Positions 53,777-62,926 of a stretch of DNA of 64,000 nucleotides are shown here, piece after piece. Positions within the stretch are counted from its first letter, which is position 1; the number at the start of each line of letters is the position of its first letter. Location: the IMG/VR virus record IMGVR_UViG_3300029940_000031; one strand, 5' to 3'. The stretch comes from a virus. The translations under genes and the position numbers were made by a program. The notes beneath the pieces were generated by a model. The model saw only the letters and a program-made list of their open reading frames with translations, did no database searches and was not told the origin of the DNA.

Positions 53777-55072
53777 GTGATATTTGAGTTAGTTAGTTCA
53801 GCTGCTGTCGGTGGTGTAGTCTTTCTATCAAAAATGCATCAAAAAGGAGCAACAAATGATGCATCCAAGATTCAAAGGATCTGCGCGAACTGCGGATTAA
53901 AAGTAAAAGAAGGGAAAGAGACTAGGACTATACAGCTGCTTCGCAAAACGAGGAATAATTGGGGAGTTGAATATGCGTATAGAATACCGCTTGGTCTTAG
54001 CTTCTCCGATTTCGAACAAAAAATACAACATTTAGAGGATGGATTAAATCACAAGAGCAAGGTTTATGATTTCAAACTACAAGACTTCAAATCTCTTCGA
54101 CTGCGAAAAGATATCTTAAAACAAATACAAAACATCATAAATAAGAAAAAACTCGTTAGAAAGGAAATTGAGCTGTCTTACGATGGTTTATTAAAAATAC
54201 GCGTTTATGAGAAAGGAATACCTAATTTCGTTAAATTTGTAGAGGATATGATGAGGCAATGTAGAGGTTGGGAGGTTCCGATTGGTTATACGAGGGATGG
54301 ATTGATAAAACATGATTTTGATCAACTAGCGCACATGATATCAGCCGGCATGACGGATATGGGTAAATCAAATGTATTAAAACTTATAATTACATCCCTG
54401 GTACGCAACCAACCAGAAAATACAAAGCTATTCCTTATAGATTTGAAGGGTGGTCTCTCTTTTAACCGTTACAGATTCTTAAACCAGGTCGAATCAATTG
54501 CGAAGAATCCAGAGGAAGCCCTAGAGACTCTAAGGGAATTGCAAGATAAACTGAATGCTAGAAACGAATACTTACTAGAAAAAGGATACGAAGATATAAA
54601 AGAAGCTGGGGATCCAGTACGTTACTTTGTAATTGTTGATGAAGCAGCCGACATAGCGCCATATCAGGAGTGCAGGGACATCATTGTTGATATAGGGCGT
54701 CGTGGCAGGGCAGCGGGATTTCGCTTGGTGTATGCGACACAGTACCCAACAAACGAAGCGTTACCATCGCAGCTACGACAAAACATTGGCGCTCGTGTTT
54801 GTTTTAGATTACAGACAGAGGCAGGGAGCCGTGCTGTACTTGATGAGGGCGGCGCAGAAATGCTTCCTAACATAAAGGGGAGAGCGATATACCAAACAAA
54901 TGAGAAGAAGGTCCTACAGACGGTTTATATCGATAATAAGCAAATAGATAACATCATAAAGCCACACATTAACATCAGAGCGAGGAAGGAGCATGAAGAT
55001 GCAAAAACTAGCCATGAAGGAAGCGAGAACGGAAAGTATACTCTTGAGCTTGAAGAAACTCGGCTTTCTTAG
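53777..55072 (+). CDS. FtsK/SpoIIIE-family DNA translocase
   Basis: N-terminal TM; Walker A GMTDMGKSN; Walker B YFVIVDEAAD. Confidence 0.85.
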   Translation: MIFELVSSAAVGGVVFLSKMHQKGATNDASKIQRICANCGLKVKEGKETRTIQLLRKTRNNWGVEYAYRIPLGLSFSDFEQKIQHLEDGLNHKSKVYDFKLQDFKSLRLRKDILKQIQNIINKKKLVRKEIELSYDGLLKIRVYEKGIPNFVKFVEDMMRQCRGWEVPIGYTRDGLIKHDFDQLAHMISAGMTDMGKSNVLKLIITSLVRNQPENTKLFLIDLKGGLSFNRYRFLNQVESIAKNPEEALETLRELQDKLNARNEYLLEKGYEDIKEAGDPVRYFVIVDEAADIAPYQECRDIIVDIGRRGRAAGFRLVYATQYPTNEALPSQLRQNIGARVCFRLQTEAGSRAVLDEGGAEMLPNIKGRAIYQTNEKKVLQTVYIDNKQIDNIIKPHINIRARKEHEDAKTSHEGSENGKYTLELEETRLS

Positions 55073-55589
55073 CAGGAAGCAAATCCAAGTACTCCATGAC
55101 CTTGGTGGTGACAGGAATGCTTCCCGTGTAATGAAGTCTCTTGAAGAATATGTTTCTAGCTTTAGGGATGGAGAGAAGGTGTATTATCTCAACAAAGAAG
55201 GGCGCGAACGTATCGGAAGCAAGAAAATACTCAAGCGTTCGAATCAATTTCGCCATTACATTATGAGGAATGATATCTACATCGCTTATGAATGCCCGAA
55301 AACGTGGAAGCAGGAAGTGAAAATGAATGTGAAAGGTATCGTTTCCATAATTGCAGATGCACTATTCACTGATAATGGCCGTTATCACATTGTAGAAGTG
55401 GATCATGAGCAAAAGATGAGCGCAAACCGTATCAAGATGCAGAAGTATCGTAAATTGATTGAATGCAATGTGTTTGAGAAGCCACCTAAATTTATTTGGT
55501 ACACCACAACGGAATATCGCAGAAAACAACTCCAGAAGCTTTGTGAGGGATTGGATTGCAACATCTTTACAGTTACTGATTTCCATTAA
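54993..55589 (+). CDS. Replication-relaxation family protein
   Basis: RBS AGGAAGGAG; wHTH-like ILLSLKKLGFLSRKQIQ; partnered with the FtsK-like gene. Confidence 0.65.
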   Translation: MKMQKLAMKEARTESILLSLKKLGFLSRKQIQVLHDLGGDRNASRVMKSLEEYVSSFRDGEKVYYLNKEGRERIGSKKILKRSNQFRHYIMRNDIYIAYECPKTWKQEVKMNVKGIVSIIADALFTDNGRYHIVEVDHEQKMSANRIKMQKYRKLIECNVFEKPPKFIWYTTTEYRRKQLQKLCEGLDCNIFTVTDFH

Positions 55590-55608
55590 AAATAGGGAGA
55601 TGGTCCAT

Positions 55609-56097
55609 ATGGCAGCAGAGACAATGAGCATCAAAGATTTTATGGATGGCAACTATGGGGCAAAGAAAAAGTGGAGCTTGTTCAAAAAGAAAGCAAAAAA
55701 ATACGTACCCGTGGCGGCGCGAATAAGTATTGTGATCGGTAGTGCTATTATATTCAGCAATATTATAGATATTCCGCATGTATTTGCTGACGGTAATAAC
55801 CCAGACGTGAATGAAGTATTTAAAGATGTGCAGTCAAACGATGGGAAGATAAAAAATTATATAGATGGCCAACTGTACAATCGTATTGTGAATGCATTTG
55901 AACCAGTCATTTTCTTAATTAAAGCAGTGTCATATCCGATAGCATCCGTTGTAGCGTTATGCGGCGGTCTATTCATTATGGTTGGTAGCCAGGAACGGGG
56001 ATTCTCTCTTATATCAAGGGCAGGGATCGGATATATAGTAGTCCAAATGATTCCGTTGTTTATGAGATTGCTTGTTGAGATCGCTAAGGCTATCTAG
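55609..56097 (+). CDS. 162-aa membrane protein (about 3 TM)
   Basis: ATG 55609 behind GGGAGA (M51 of the track ORF). Confidence 0.65.
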   Translation: MAAETMSIKDFMDGNYGAKKKWSLFKKKAKKYVPVAARISIVIGSAIIFSNIIDIPHVFADGNNPDVNEVFKDVQSNDGKIKNYIDGQLYNRIVNAFEPVIFLIKAVSYPIASVVALCGGLFIMVGSQERGFSLISRAGIGYIVVQMIPLFMRLLVEIAKAI

Positions 56098-56282
56098 TCC
56101 TACTTAATGTAGGACTTTTTCATATGATAATAACCATCTATCGTTATTATCAGACAACATATCTTAACTCAACATTCGCAATAAATAGTTTTATGTTTCT
56201 AAAATTGTAATATATTTACATTTACGAAAATCGAAAGTATGATGAAGGTGCAAGCTATAAAACTATTAAAGGGGGATTTTTT

Positions 56283-56714
56283 ATGTTAAAGAAACTAGCA
56301 ATTGGGGCATTAGCAACTGGGATTGCTTTATCTGGGGCCGGAGGAGCATTTGCAGCCGAACAACCTAAGGTAGTTGATAAAAAGGTTTCATCCAATTCCA
56401 TAGCATCGGTTGATGTAGGTAATGGGCAAACTGACGGAACACTTTATTCTATTAGTGCTTATCGTTTAATTCCAGTAAAAGCTTCGAGTTTAAGTCAAAA
56501 ATCACTTTCTGTGGATTTATGGGGACACTCAGATACTAAAATTTCTATTTATGAAGATAGCGAGTATGGTAGACTTTTAGGTTCATGGACAATGTCTGAA
56601 ACACCAAAGACTGTAAGCATTAACCCTAGTAAAACTTATTATTTACGTATTGGTGTAATGCCATATAGCCAAAATAGTCCGTGGAACTATGTGGTAAATT
56701 GGCAATTTAAATAA
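56283..56714 (+). CDS. Secreted 143-aa protein
   Basis: Signal MLKKLAIGALATGIALSGAGGAFA; terminator at 56724-56750. Confidence 0.75.
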   Translation: MLKKLAIGALATGIALSGAGGAFAAEQPKVVDKKVSSNSIASVDVGNGQTDGTLYSISAYRLIPVKASSLSQKSLSVDLWGHSDTKISIYEDSEYGRLLGSWTMSETPKTVSINPSKTYYLRIGVMPYSQNSPWNYVVNWQFK

Positions 56715-56806
56715 TTAAGAAAAAGTCCTGTTTATACAGGGCTTTTTTCTTTGCAGGAATTTGCTACTCATCATGGAATACTCTCACTAGGAGGTGTTGT
56801 GACGTT

Positions 56807-57394
56807 ATGACGGACGAAATTGTTTATTCTGCTAGTGAAGTATACAAAAGACTAGGAATAAGTGATAGCACCCTTAGAAAGTACATGGAAGTATTACAGC
56901 GCGAGGGATTCGCAGTAAAGAAAGATAACCGTGGCAGACGCCAATACACAGACAATGACATTATGGTGATTGAGAAATTAATTGAACTGAGTAAGCATGA
57001 CGGTATGACGCTAGAGAAAGCAGCGAAGATGATTGCGCAGCAAATAGAGAAAGTTAATCCGGATCTGATTCAAGAAGAGGCTGAAGAAACGGATTTAGTG
57101 CCATTCCACATTAAACAGCAATTACAGGAACAGTACAGCGTTATGGCGCAAGAAATGAATCAGAGTATGTTAGCGATGGAGAAACGATTAAGTGAGCAGG
57201 CGAAGCAAAGTAACGAGGAAATCAAAGCAAGCGTAGAAGCACATAATGAACGAGTGGAAAAACGATTGGAAGCGCGTGATGAGACTTTGATGAAGACATT
57301 ACGAGAAATGCAGGAAACGAAGAGAGTGATGCAAGAATTTCGAAATGAGGTTGCTGCAGCGAAAGAGAGGAAGCCGTGGTGGAAGTTCTGGTGA
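56807..57394 (+). CDS. MerR-family HTH protein with a long coiled-coil
   Basis: YSASEVYKRLGISDSTLRKYMEVL; ends KPWWKFW*. Confidence 0.75.
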   Translation: MTDEIVYSASEVYKRLGISDSTLRKYMEVLQREGFAVKKDNRGRRQYTDNDIMVIEKLIELSKHDGMTLEKAAKMIAQQIEKVNPDLIQEEAEETDLVPFHIKQQLQEQYSVMAQEMNQSMLAMEKRLSEQAKQSNEEIKASVEAHNERVEKRLEARDETLMKTLREMQETKRVMQEFRNEVAAAKERKPWWKFW

Positions 57395-57502
57395 AAACAA
57401 GGCGGTTCCCTTGTGAGAGTAGGGTTCCTCTTTGTCTTCGCTACGGATAATGATGCGCTTTGTTAAAATCAATTTAAATAAAACATTTGGAGGAATGGAC
57501 TT

Positions 57503-58003
57503 ATGTCTAATGAAGTTTTGCCTTTCACAGTAAGACTAGCTACTCCAGAAGATTTTTGGAATATATCAAATATAAACAAGCAAGTTCAACAGTTACATAT
57601 AGAGGGAAGACCAGATATTTACTCTGATACTTCAGCTTCTTTGGATCACAATGCATACGAAGAGTGGCTTAATGATAAAACCATAGAGATATTTGTAGTA
57701 GAGGCCAATAATAAAGAGATTCTTGCTTATTTAATCTTAGATATTAAAGAACCAGCCGAAAATCCAAAGTTAGTTGAGCGAAAAGTACTCTTTATCCGCA
57801 ATATTGGTGTAAGTGAAATATGTCAAGGAACAGGAATAGGAAAAATATTAGTACAAAAAGCATTTGAGTATGCTAAAGAAATACAAGCAACAAGTGTAGA
57901 ATTAAATGTTTTAGAATTTAACAAGAAGGCTATACAATTCTATGAAAAACTTGGATTTAAAACACAGAGTCGGCAAATGGAATTTGTATTACCTGATGCT
58001 TAA
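57503..58003 (+). CDS. GNAT N-acetyltransferase
   Basis: IRNIGVSEICQGTGIGKILV...FYEKLGF (motif A). Confidence 0.85.
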   Translation: MSNEVLPFTVRLATPEDFWNISNINKQVQQLHIEGRPDIYSDTSASLDHNAYEEWLNDKTIEIFVVEANNKEILAYLILDIKEPAENPKLVERKVLFIRNIGVSEICQGTGIGKILVQKAFEYAKEIQATSVELNVLEFNKKAIQFYEKLGFKTQSRQMEFVLPDA

Positions 58004-58028
58004 AACTATTTCCTATATCGATAAGGGA

Positions 58029-58060
58029 AAAGCCCGATTAAATTAACCGGGCTTTTTTTG
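58029..58060. terminator. Bidirectional terminator
   Basis: AGCCCG...CGGGCT followed by TTTTTTT. Confidence 0.8.
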
Positions 58061-58065
58061 ATGAC

Positions 58066-59004
58066 TTATTTCGTTATATCAATAGCCTTCATTAGTGGTA
58101 CGGATATATTCCAACCTGCTTGTGATGTATAAGAATAACTTCCTTCAATATTTCCTGTTACTGTAACTATATCTTTTTCAACAAATTCTGTTGGTTTATC
58201 GAAGGTTACATAGACAATGTCGTTGGTGTTATATCCATATGACCTTTTTGTAACAGCTAATCTAATATCAGTTGAACCGCCACTTTCTATGATCTGAACA
58301 ATTTCACCAGTATATTTCACTAATTCGTCCTTGTGTCCATCCGGATTTTTCTTTAATTCAGGATAAGAAAGATCTTTTGCTAGTTTCTTTTTTTCTTCAA
58401 TTTTTACTTTTTCGGCTTCTTCTGCTGATAGAGCATTTTCAATATTTACTTTTCCAGCATTAATTCCTCTAACTTTAAATCCATTTTCTATCTCTTCTAA
58501 TTCCCCATTAGATTTATAGTTTTTTTCGAAATTGTCATAGTCTTTGAATGCATCTAATGCAGCTTTGTTTTCGGCATCAACAGTAAAAGTCATTTTAAAA
58601 TCATAGTTTCCATTTTTAACAACTTCACGTCCTGACGTTTCGGATACATGGTCACCAAATTCAAAATGAAAATTCCCATCATGAACAGTGCTCTCTTTTG
58701 ACATTACTGCTATATATTCTTTTTCTGGCTCTTTGATAACACCTTTTGCTTTTGATCCTTCCGGCATATTTGTTTTTACATTTACCGTTAACATTTTAGT
58801 TTCTGGATTATAAGAGTATTCGCCTACTTCAAAATTAATTGCTTCTTTTTGTGCTTCTTTTTCGGCTTGTTCTTTTTCTAATCTTTGCTCATGTTCTGTC
58901 CAAGATTCCCTTTTTTTCTCTTCTGCTTTTTCTCCATTCCCACAGCCGCTAGCGAAGAGCGATGCAGCAAGAATAATTCCGCCAATTTTATAATGTCTTT
59001 TCAA
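58066..59004 (-). CDS. Lipoprotein
   Basis: GGAGGA-N7-TTG gives MKRHYKIGGIILAASLFASGC (lipobox); the track ORF starts 15 nt upstream. Confidence 0.75.
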   Translation of the reverse strand: MKRHYKIGGIILAASLFASGCGNGEKAEEKKRESWTEHEQRLEKEQAEKEAQKEAINFEVGEYSYNPETKMLTVNVKTNMPEGSKAKGVIKEPEKEYIAVMSKESTVHDGNFHFEFGDHVSETSGREVVKNGNYDFKMTFTVDAENKAALDAFKDYDNFEKNYKSNGELEEIENGFKVRGINAGKVNIENALSAEEAEKVKIEEKKKLAKDLSYPELKKNPDGHKDELVKYTGEIVQIIESGGSTDIRLAVTKRSYGYNTNDIVYVTFDKPTEFVEKDIVTVTGNIEGSYSYTSQAGWNISVPLMKAIDITK

Positions 59005-59297
59005 TGCACGATCCTCCAAGATGTTTTGTAATAAGCTTTTTGTCGTATTATATTATAACAGAAATGTAATATTGTTCAATTTTGTTACTGAGATTCCATT
59101 TTTAAGGTGATTAACTTTTCTTTTATAGGTAGTCCATCGCTAAATGTCTTCTATTAATGATAATTATTTAAATGAACTAGTGGTGGAAGTTCTGGTGAGG
59201 GTAAGGAGACCAGGTTAGTTGAATAAGGAATAATACCATTTTCTTCTATTTGGATATATAATTAATTTGTATTTTATATATAAGTGGGAGGAAATTT

Positions 59298-59768
59298 ATG
59301 ACTACAAATAAGGACTACATTCGTTATATTCGGGAAAAAGTAGGGCACGATTTAATATTTCTTAATTTTGCTGGAGGTATTGTTTATAACGAACGAAATG
59401 AAATCCTTTTACAAAAGAGGGGAGATAGAAATGAGTGGGGTCTTCCAGGTGGTGCTATGGAACTTGGAGAATCTCTTGAAGAAACCGCTAAACGAGAAAT
59501 ACTTGAGGAGACAGGATTAAATGTTGAAGTTGAACATCTTATAGGTGTCTACTCTAAATACTCTGGTGAGTTTCCGAACGGAGATAAAGCTCAGACTATC
59601 GTTCATTGTTTTCAATGCAAGCCAATTGATGGGGAACTTACTACAGACGGTATTGAAACTTTAGATTTAAAATACTTCCCAATAGACCAAATACCGAAAT
59701 TATTTACAAAACTACACGAAGATGCCTTAGAAGATTGGCTTTCAAAAAGAAAAGGTGTATTTAGATAA
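59298..59768 (+). CDS. NUDIX hydrolase
   Basis: Nudix box GGAMELGESLEETAKREILEETGL. Confidence 0.9.
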   Translation: MTTNKDYIRYIREKVGHDLIFLNFAGGIVYNERNEILLQKRGDRNEWGLPGGAMELGESLEETAKREILEETGLNVEVEHLIGVYSKYSGEFPNGDKAQTIVHCFQCKPIDGELTTDGIETLDLKYFPIDQIPKLFTKLHEDALEDWLSKRKGVFR

Positions 59769-60095
59769 AAAGACTTTCAAATTAATTATTCATAATATTT
59801 AACCAACTGGCGCTTTAATTGAACAAGAAAATAAAAACTTTTAACTTCCCCTAAAGATAATTAAGTTAATGATCTAGTGGTGGAGGTTCCTGTAAGGATA
59901 AGAAGAGGAACGTATAAAAATAGAGTTGTAGAAATAGAAAGAGTGGATTCCTTCTAAGAGTAAGGATTCCCCTTTTTCATTGCTACTGATAATGATGCGT
60001 TATGTTAACTGCATATGTATAGAGTATACAGTCAAAAAAGCACAATACATCGCTTCTTCTAAATGGTACAATTAGGGAAAGAGGGGTGGAAGAAT

Positions 60096-60284
60096 ATGTA
60101 TGATTACAAATTTGTGAAAGTCGAAATGGATGGATGGAAAGGGCAACCCAAAGAAGATTATAAGCGTATTATTATAGAACATGCTGAAGATGGTTGGGAA
60201 TTTGTTCAAGTCCTTACTCTAACACTTGCAGGATATACGACTTCTTTGGAGATTATCTTCAAACGAACCAAAGAACTTCTTTAA
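60096..60284 (+). CDS. DUF4177-like small protein
   Basis: MYDYKFVKVEM...EDGWEFVQV pattern; RBS GAGGGGTGG. Confidence 0.65.
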   Translation: MYDYKFVKVEMDGWKGQPKEDYKRIIIEHAEDGWEFVQVLTLTLAGYTTSLEIIFKRTKELL

Positions 60285-60478
60285 AAAACGAAAGAAGTTT
60301 GCCTTAAATAACATACAAAAAGAACTGGAGTATTTTGGAATCTAATAGTTCTCGATTTAACTTATAAGACAAATAAGCTAATATTAATCAACTCCCAATA
60401 ACGAAAGTTATGTACATAAGATAGTGATTGTAGTAAGAGTATAACTACATAAAAAATAAGCCCTACAAAAAGTAGGGA

Positions 60479-60745
60479 TTATTTTTTATCAGAAACTATG
60501 TCATTTAGAATGTTCTGCTCATGTGCATTCAATTTATTAGCAATGTAGTAATCCAATATTTCATCAATAAGCTCATAATTTTTCATGTCTTTCATTGTGC
60601 AAATGGTCTTTATTTTATTAAGTGTTTCAGGCGATACTTTTATATTTTTTCTGTCTGCTGCTGACAATGAATTCTTTTTCTTTGTCGCAGGATTATCTTG
60701 AACAGGTGTCACAGTCACTAAGTATTTTTTATCCAAATTGACCAC
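60479..60745 (-). CDS. Second RHH-like small DNA-binding protein (paralog of 60859..61233)
   Basis: C-terminus IKVSPETLNKIKTI...YELIDEILDYYI parallels the ParB-like gene; start codon uncertain. Confidence 0.65.
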   Translation of the reverse strand: MVNLDKKYLVTVTPVQDNPATKKKNSLSAADRKNIKVSPETLNKIKTICTMKDMKNYELIDEILDYYIANKLNAHEQNILNDIVSDKK

Positions 60746-60805
60746 TCCTATTTAGTATATTATCCCAAACTATTAAAACTAATTTGCGTATCTTATGTAG
60801 AGAGA

Positions 60806-60860
60806 AAAGTGGAAATATAGAAATATCCCTATTTCTAAATAGGGATATTTCTATATTTTT
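60806..60860. repeat. Iteron/palindrome cluster
   Basis: TAGAAATATCCCTATTTCTA followed by AATAGGGATATTTCTA. Confidence 0.8.
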
Positions 60861-61233
60861 AAATCTCTGTTAATAGCTTGAATTTTCTTTTCTGTTCAGG
60901 CGTTAGCTCATTTTCTACATAGCGATCTATAAGTAAATCGATGATTTCATAAGCGAATTTTGTGTTTGTAAGTTTCATTAATACTTCTAGTTCTTCTTTT
61001 GATTGATTAGAAATTTTAATGCTGCCTTGCTGATTTTTAAATTTCTTTTTTGATTCAGTTTTTTCGTTTCTTTTTTCTTTTCGAGTTACTTGTTTTTCTT
61101 CAGACTTAGGTTGAGAAGGAGTAACTGGAACCTCGTTATTTTCCACCGTAGCTTGTCCTTGCTCTGGTACATAAGGCTCAGTAGGTTCAAAGTTACTTTT
61201 CTTTCTACCTAATAAACCAGGAGTTCTCGCCAT
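60859..61233 (-). CDS. Centromere-binding protein (ParG/omega-like RHH, type Ib ParB analogue)
   Basis: ATG one nt after the parA stop; disordered basic N-terminus; C-terminus IKISNQSKEELEVLMKL...YEIIDLLIDRYV. Confidence 0.7.
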   Translation of the reverse strand: MARTPGLLGRKKSNFEPTEPYVPEQGQATVENNEVPVTPSQPKSEEKQVTRKEKRNEKTESKKKFKNQQGSIKISNQSKEELEVLMKLTNTKFAYEIIDLLIDRYVENELTPEQKRKFKLLTEI

Positions 61234-61234
61234 T

Positions 61235-62056
61235 TTAAACACCAACCTTCATTTTTTCAAACATATCAATACGAGATAATAATTCATCACTAATTGTTTC
61301 GTATAGTTCAATTACATTCATATCATGTCTATCTTTTTCAGTGATACCATTAACATCAAATCGTTTAATACGCTCCATTTGAGGAACGATGTTTTTGAAT
61401 AGGTTTTCTTCACCGAAAATTTCACGTGCATTTTCCATGATATATTCGTCAACCTTACCGTTATTTTTTAATAGAACAGGAAGAATACCGACTACTTCAA
61501 TATCAAGATCATATTGTTCTTTTAACTTGATAAGCTCATTAACATAATTCTCAGCGCCAGTAAGAGAACGTTCTTGTGTTTGTAGAGCGATTAGAACATA
61601 ATCAGAAGCTACAACGGCGTTCTTTGTAACTTCTAATGACATTGGAGGAACATCGATAAATATGTAGTCGTATTTATGCTTTATCTTTTCAAGCAATCCT
61701 CGGAAGTAATGATCTTCTTCAGCTTCCGAAGAACAATTTTTATAAAGGAATTTTGCGAAGTCCTGGAAATCAACGTAAGAAGGAATTAAATATAAGTTAT
61801 CCGTAATTTCTACTTCTAAGCCATCCAAGTTCCCCTCTTGTATCCCTTTCATTAATGTTTTTTCAACAGTAACGATTTCATCAGGGTTAAGGATTGATTT
61901 TGTTAACATTAAAGATTTTGTTGCGTTACTTTGTGGATCAAGATCAACGAGTAATGTACGCTTACCTTTTTTAGCAAATTCATAAGAGTTCAATACAGCA
62001 TTTGTGGTTTTACCGACTCCACCTTTGTAATTACCTACAGTAATTGTAATGGCCAT
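61235..62056 (-). CDS. parA: ParA partition ATPase
   Basis: Deviant Walker A NYKGGVGKTT; start at ATG 62056 behind GGAGTG. Confidence 0.9.
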   Translation of the reverse strand: MAITITVGNYKGGVGKTTNAVLNSYEFAKKGKRTLLVDLDPQSNATKSLMLTKSILNPDEIVTVEKTLMKGIQEGNLDGLEVEITDNLYLIPSYVDFQDFAKFLYKNCSSEAEEDHYFRGLLEKIKHKYDYIFIDVPPMSLEVTKNAVVASDYVLIALQTQERSLTGAENYVNELIKLKEQYDLDIEVVGILPVLLKNNGKVDEYIMENAREIFGEENLFKNIVPQMERIKRFDVNGITEKDRHDMNVIELYETISDELLSRIDMFEKMKVGV

Positions 62057-62086
62057 TTTTAACACTCCAGTTATAGTTTTTGAAAT

Positions 62087-62175
62087 TTCCCTATATCCCT
62101 TTATAGAAATAGGGAAAAATAGAAATAGGGAAATAGGGATATTTCTAACTATAGAAATAGGGATATTTCTATATC
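62087..62175. repeat. Iteron array upstream of parA
   Basis: Repeated (T)AGAAATAGGGA(A/T)A units, including TAGAAATAGGGATATTTCTA twice. Confidence 0.85.
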
Positions 62176-62338
62176 TTTATGAAAATTATAACAATGATGT
62201 TTGGGTTATGCAATAGAATCATAGAGTTAGTAATTAATAACAGAAACGTTGATATTAAAAGATTTTTCAGTTGTATGAAGTATAGAAATTTAAGTAATAA
62301 ATCTGAATTTTTTTATAGGAGATAGTAGACGCAAAAAT

Positions 62339-62430
62339 AATAAAAATAGGGAAATATAGATATAGGGAAAAGGGGAAATATCCCTATATCTATAAGTGGA
62401 AATAGGGAAATAGGGAAATAGGGATATTAT
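62339..62430. repeat. Second iteron array
   Basis: AATAGGGAAAT in multiple direct and inverted copies; GGAAATATCCC palindrome. Confidence 0.85.
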
Positions 62431-62853
62431 TCAGAAAGTGTGCAAATTCACTGTTTACAAAGGATAATGCTTGTTGTAACGTAGTAAACAACAAGCACCA
62501 TTCTACAAAACAAAACATAATTTGATATTTTACATAAATGAAGATCATGAAGATTGAACGAGATAAATTAAAGACAATTGAATATGAACACAAAACAAAA
62601 AGCCACTCCCGTATGCTAATGGCTACCAACCTTTAGCGGGAATGACTTGCTCTAGCAAGTGTACCACCACTTGACTAGAAATTAGCTGTATTAACCCACA
62701 GTGTTAACGTTTAAGAAGTGTACCACCACTAACCTTAAACAACTATGCCTTTTCACGAGGCTTCTTTGATATACCCATTTTATCTATTGTTTGACTAAAA
62801 TTCAACTAGTAAATGCTAGAATTGTATTTTTTGTAGTCAAAAGATATATAGCG

Positions 62854-62926
62854 GGCATCTCTAAACCTAGAAGTCTTGTGAATCTACAGGCCATTTAGGA
62901 ATTGGAGATGCCTTTTTGTTTTTTGT
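62854..62926 (+). terminator. Long hairpin with T-run (end of a plus-strand small RNA?)
   Basis: GGCATCTC (62854-61) pairs with GAGATGCC (62905-12), then TTTTTGTTTTTTG. Confidence 0.6.

Noticed and set aside
30200-55779. Short minus-strand or out-of-frame ORFs inside the late operon and the moron and FtsK regions (for example 30200..30499, 33611..33928, 41126..41521, 45963..46163, 50524..50844, 55008..55256, 55362..55652)
   Set aside because: They are embedded in long, well-supported genes with coherent synteny, and none has translation signals.
62087-62430. Dense short repeats considered as a CRISPR array
   Set aside because: The units are 9-20 bp, partly palindromic and irregularly spaced, with no uniform ~30-bp spacers and no cas genes. 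They sit directly upstream of parA, which fits centromere or iteron sites.
62390-62629. 79-aa minus-strand ORF
   Set aside because: It reads straight through the iteron array, is hydrophobic low-complexity sequence, and has no RBS.
62657-62729. Minus-strand GTGGTGGTACACTT repeats as T-box sequences
   Set aside because: Only GGTGGTAC matches the T-box core. No specifier-loop or antiterminator arrangement is visible, and the downstream genes (parA) are not amino-acid related.
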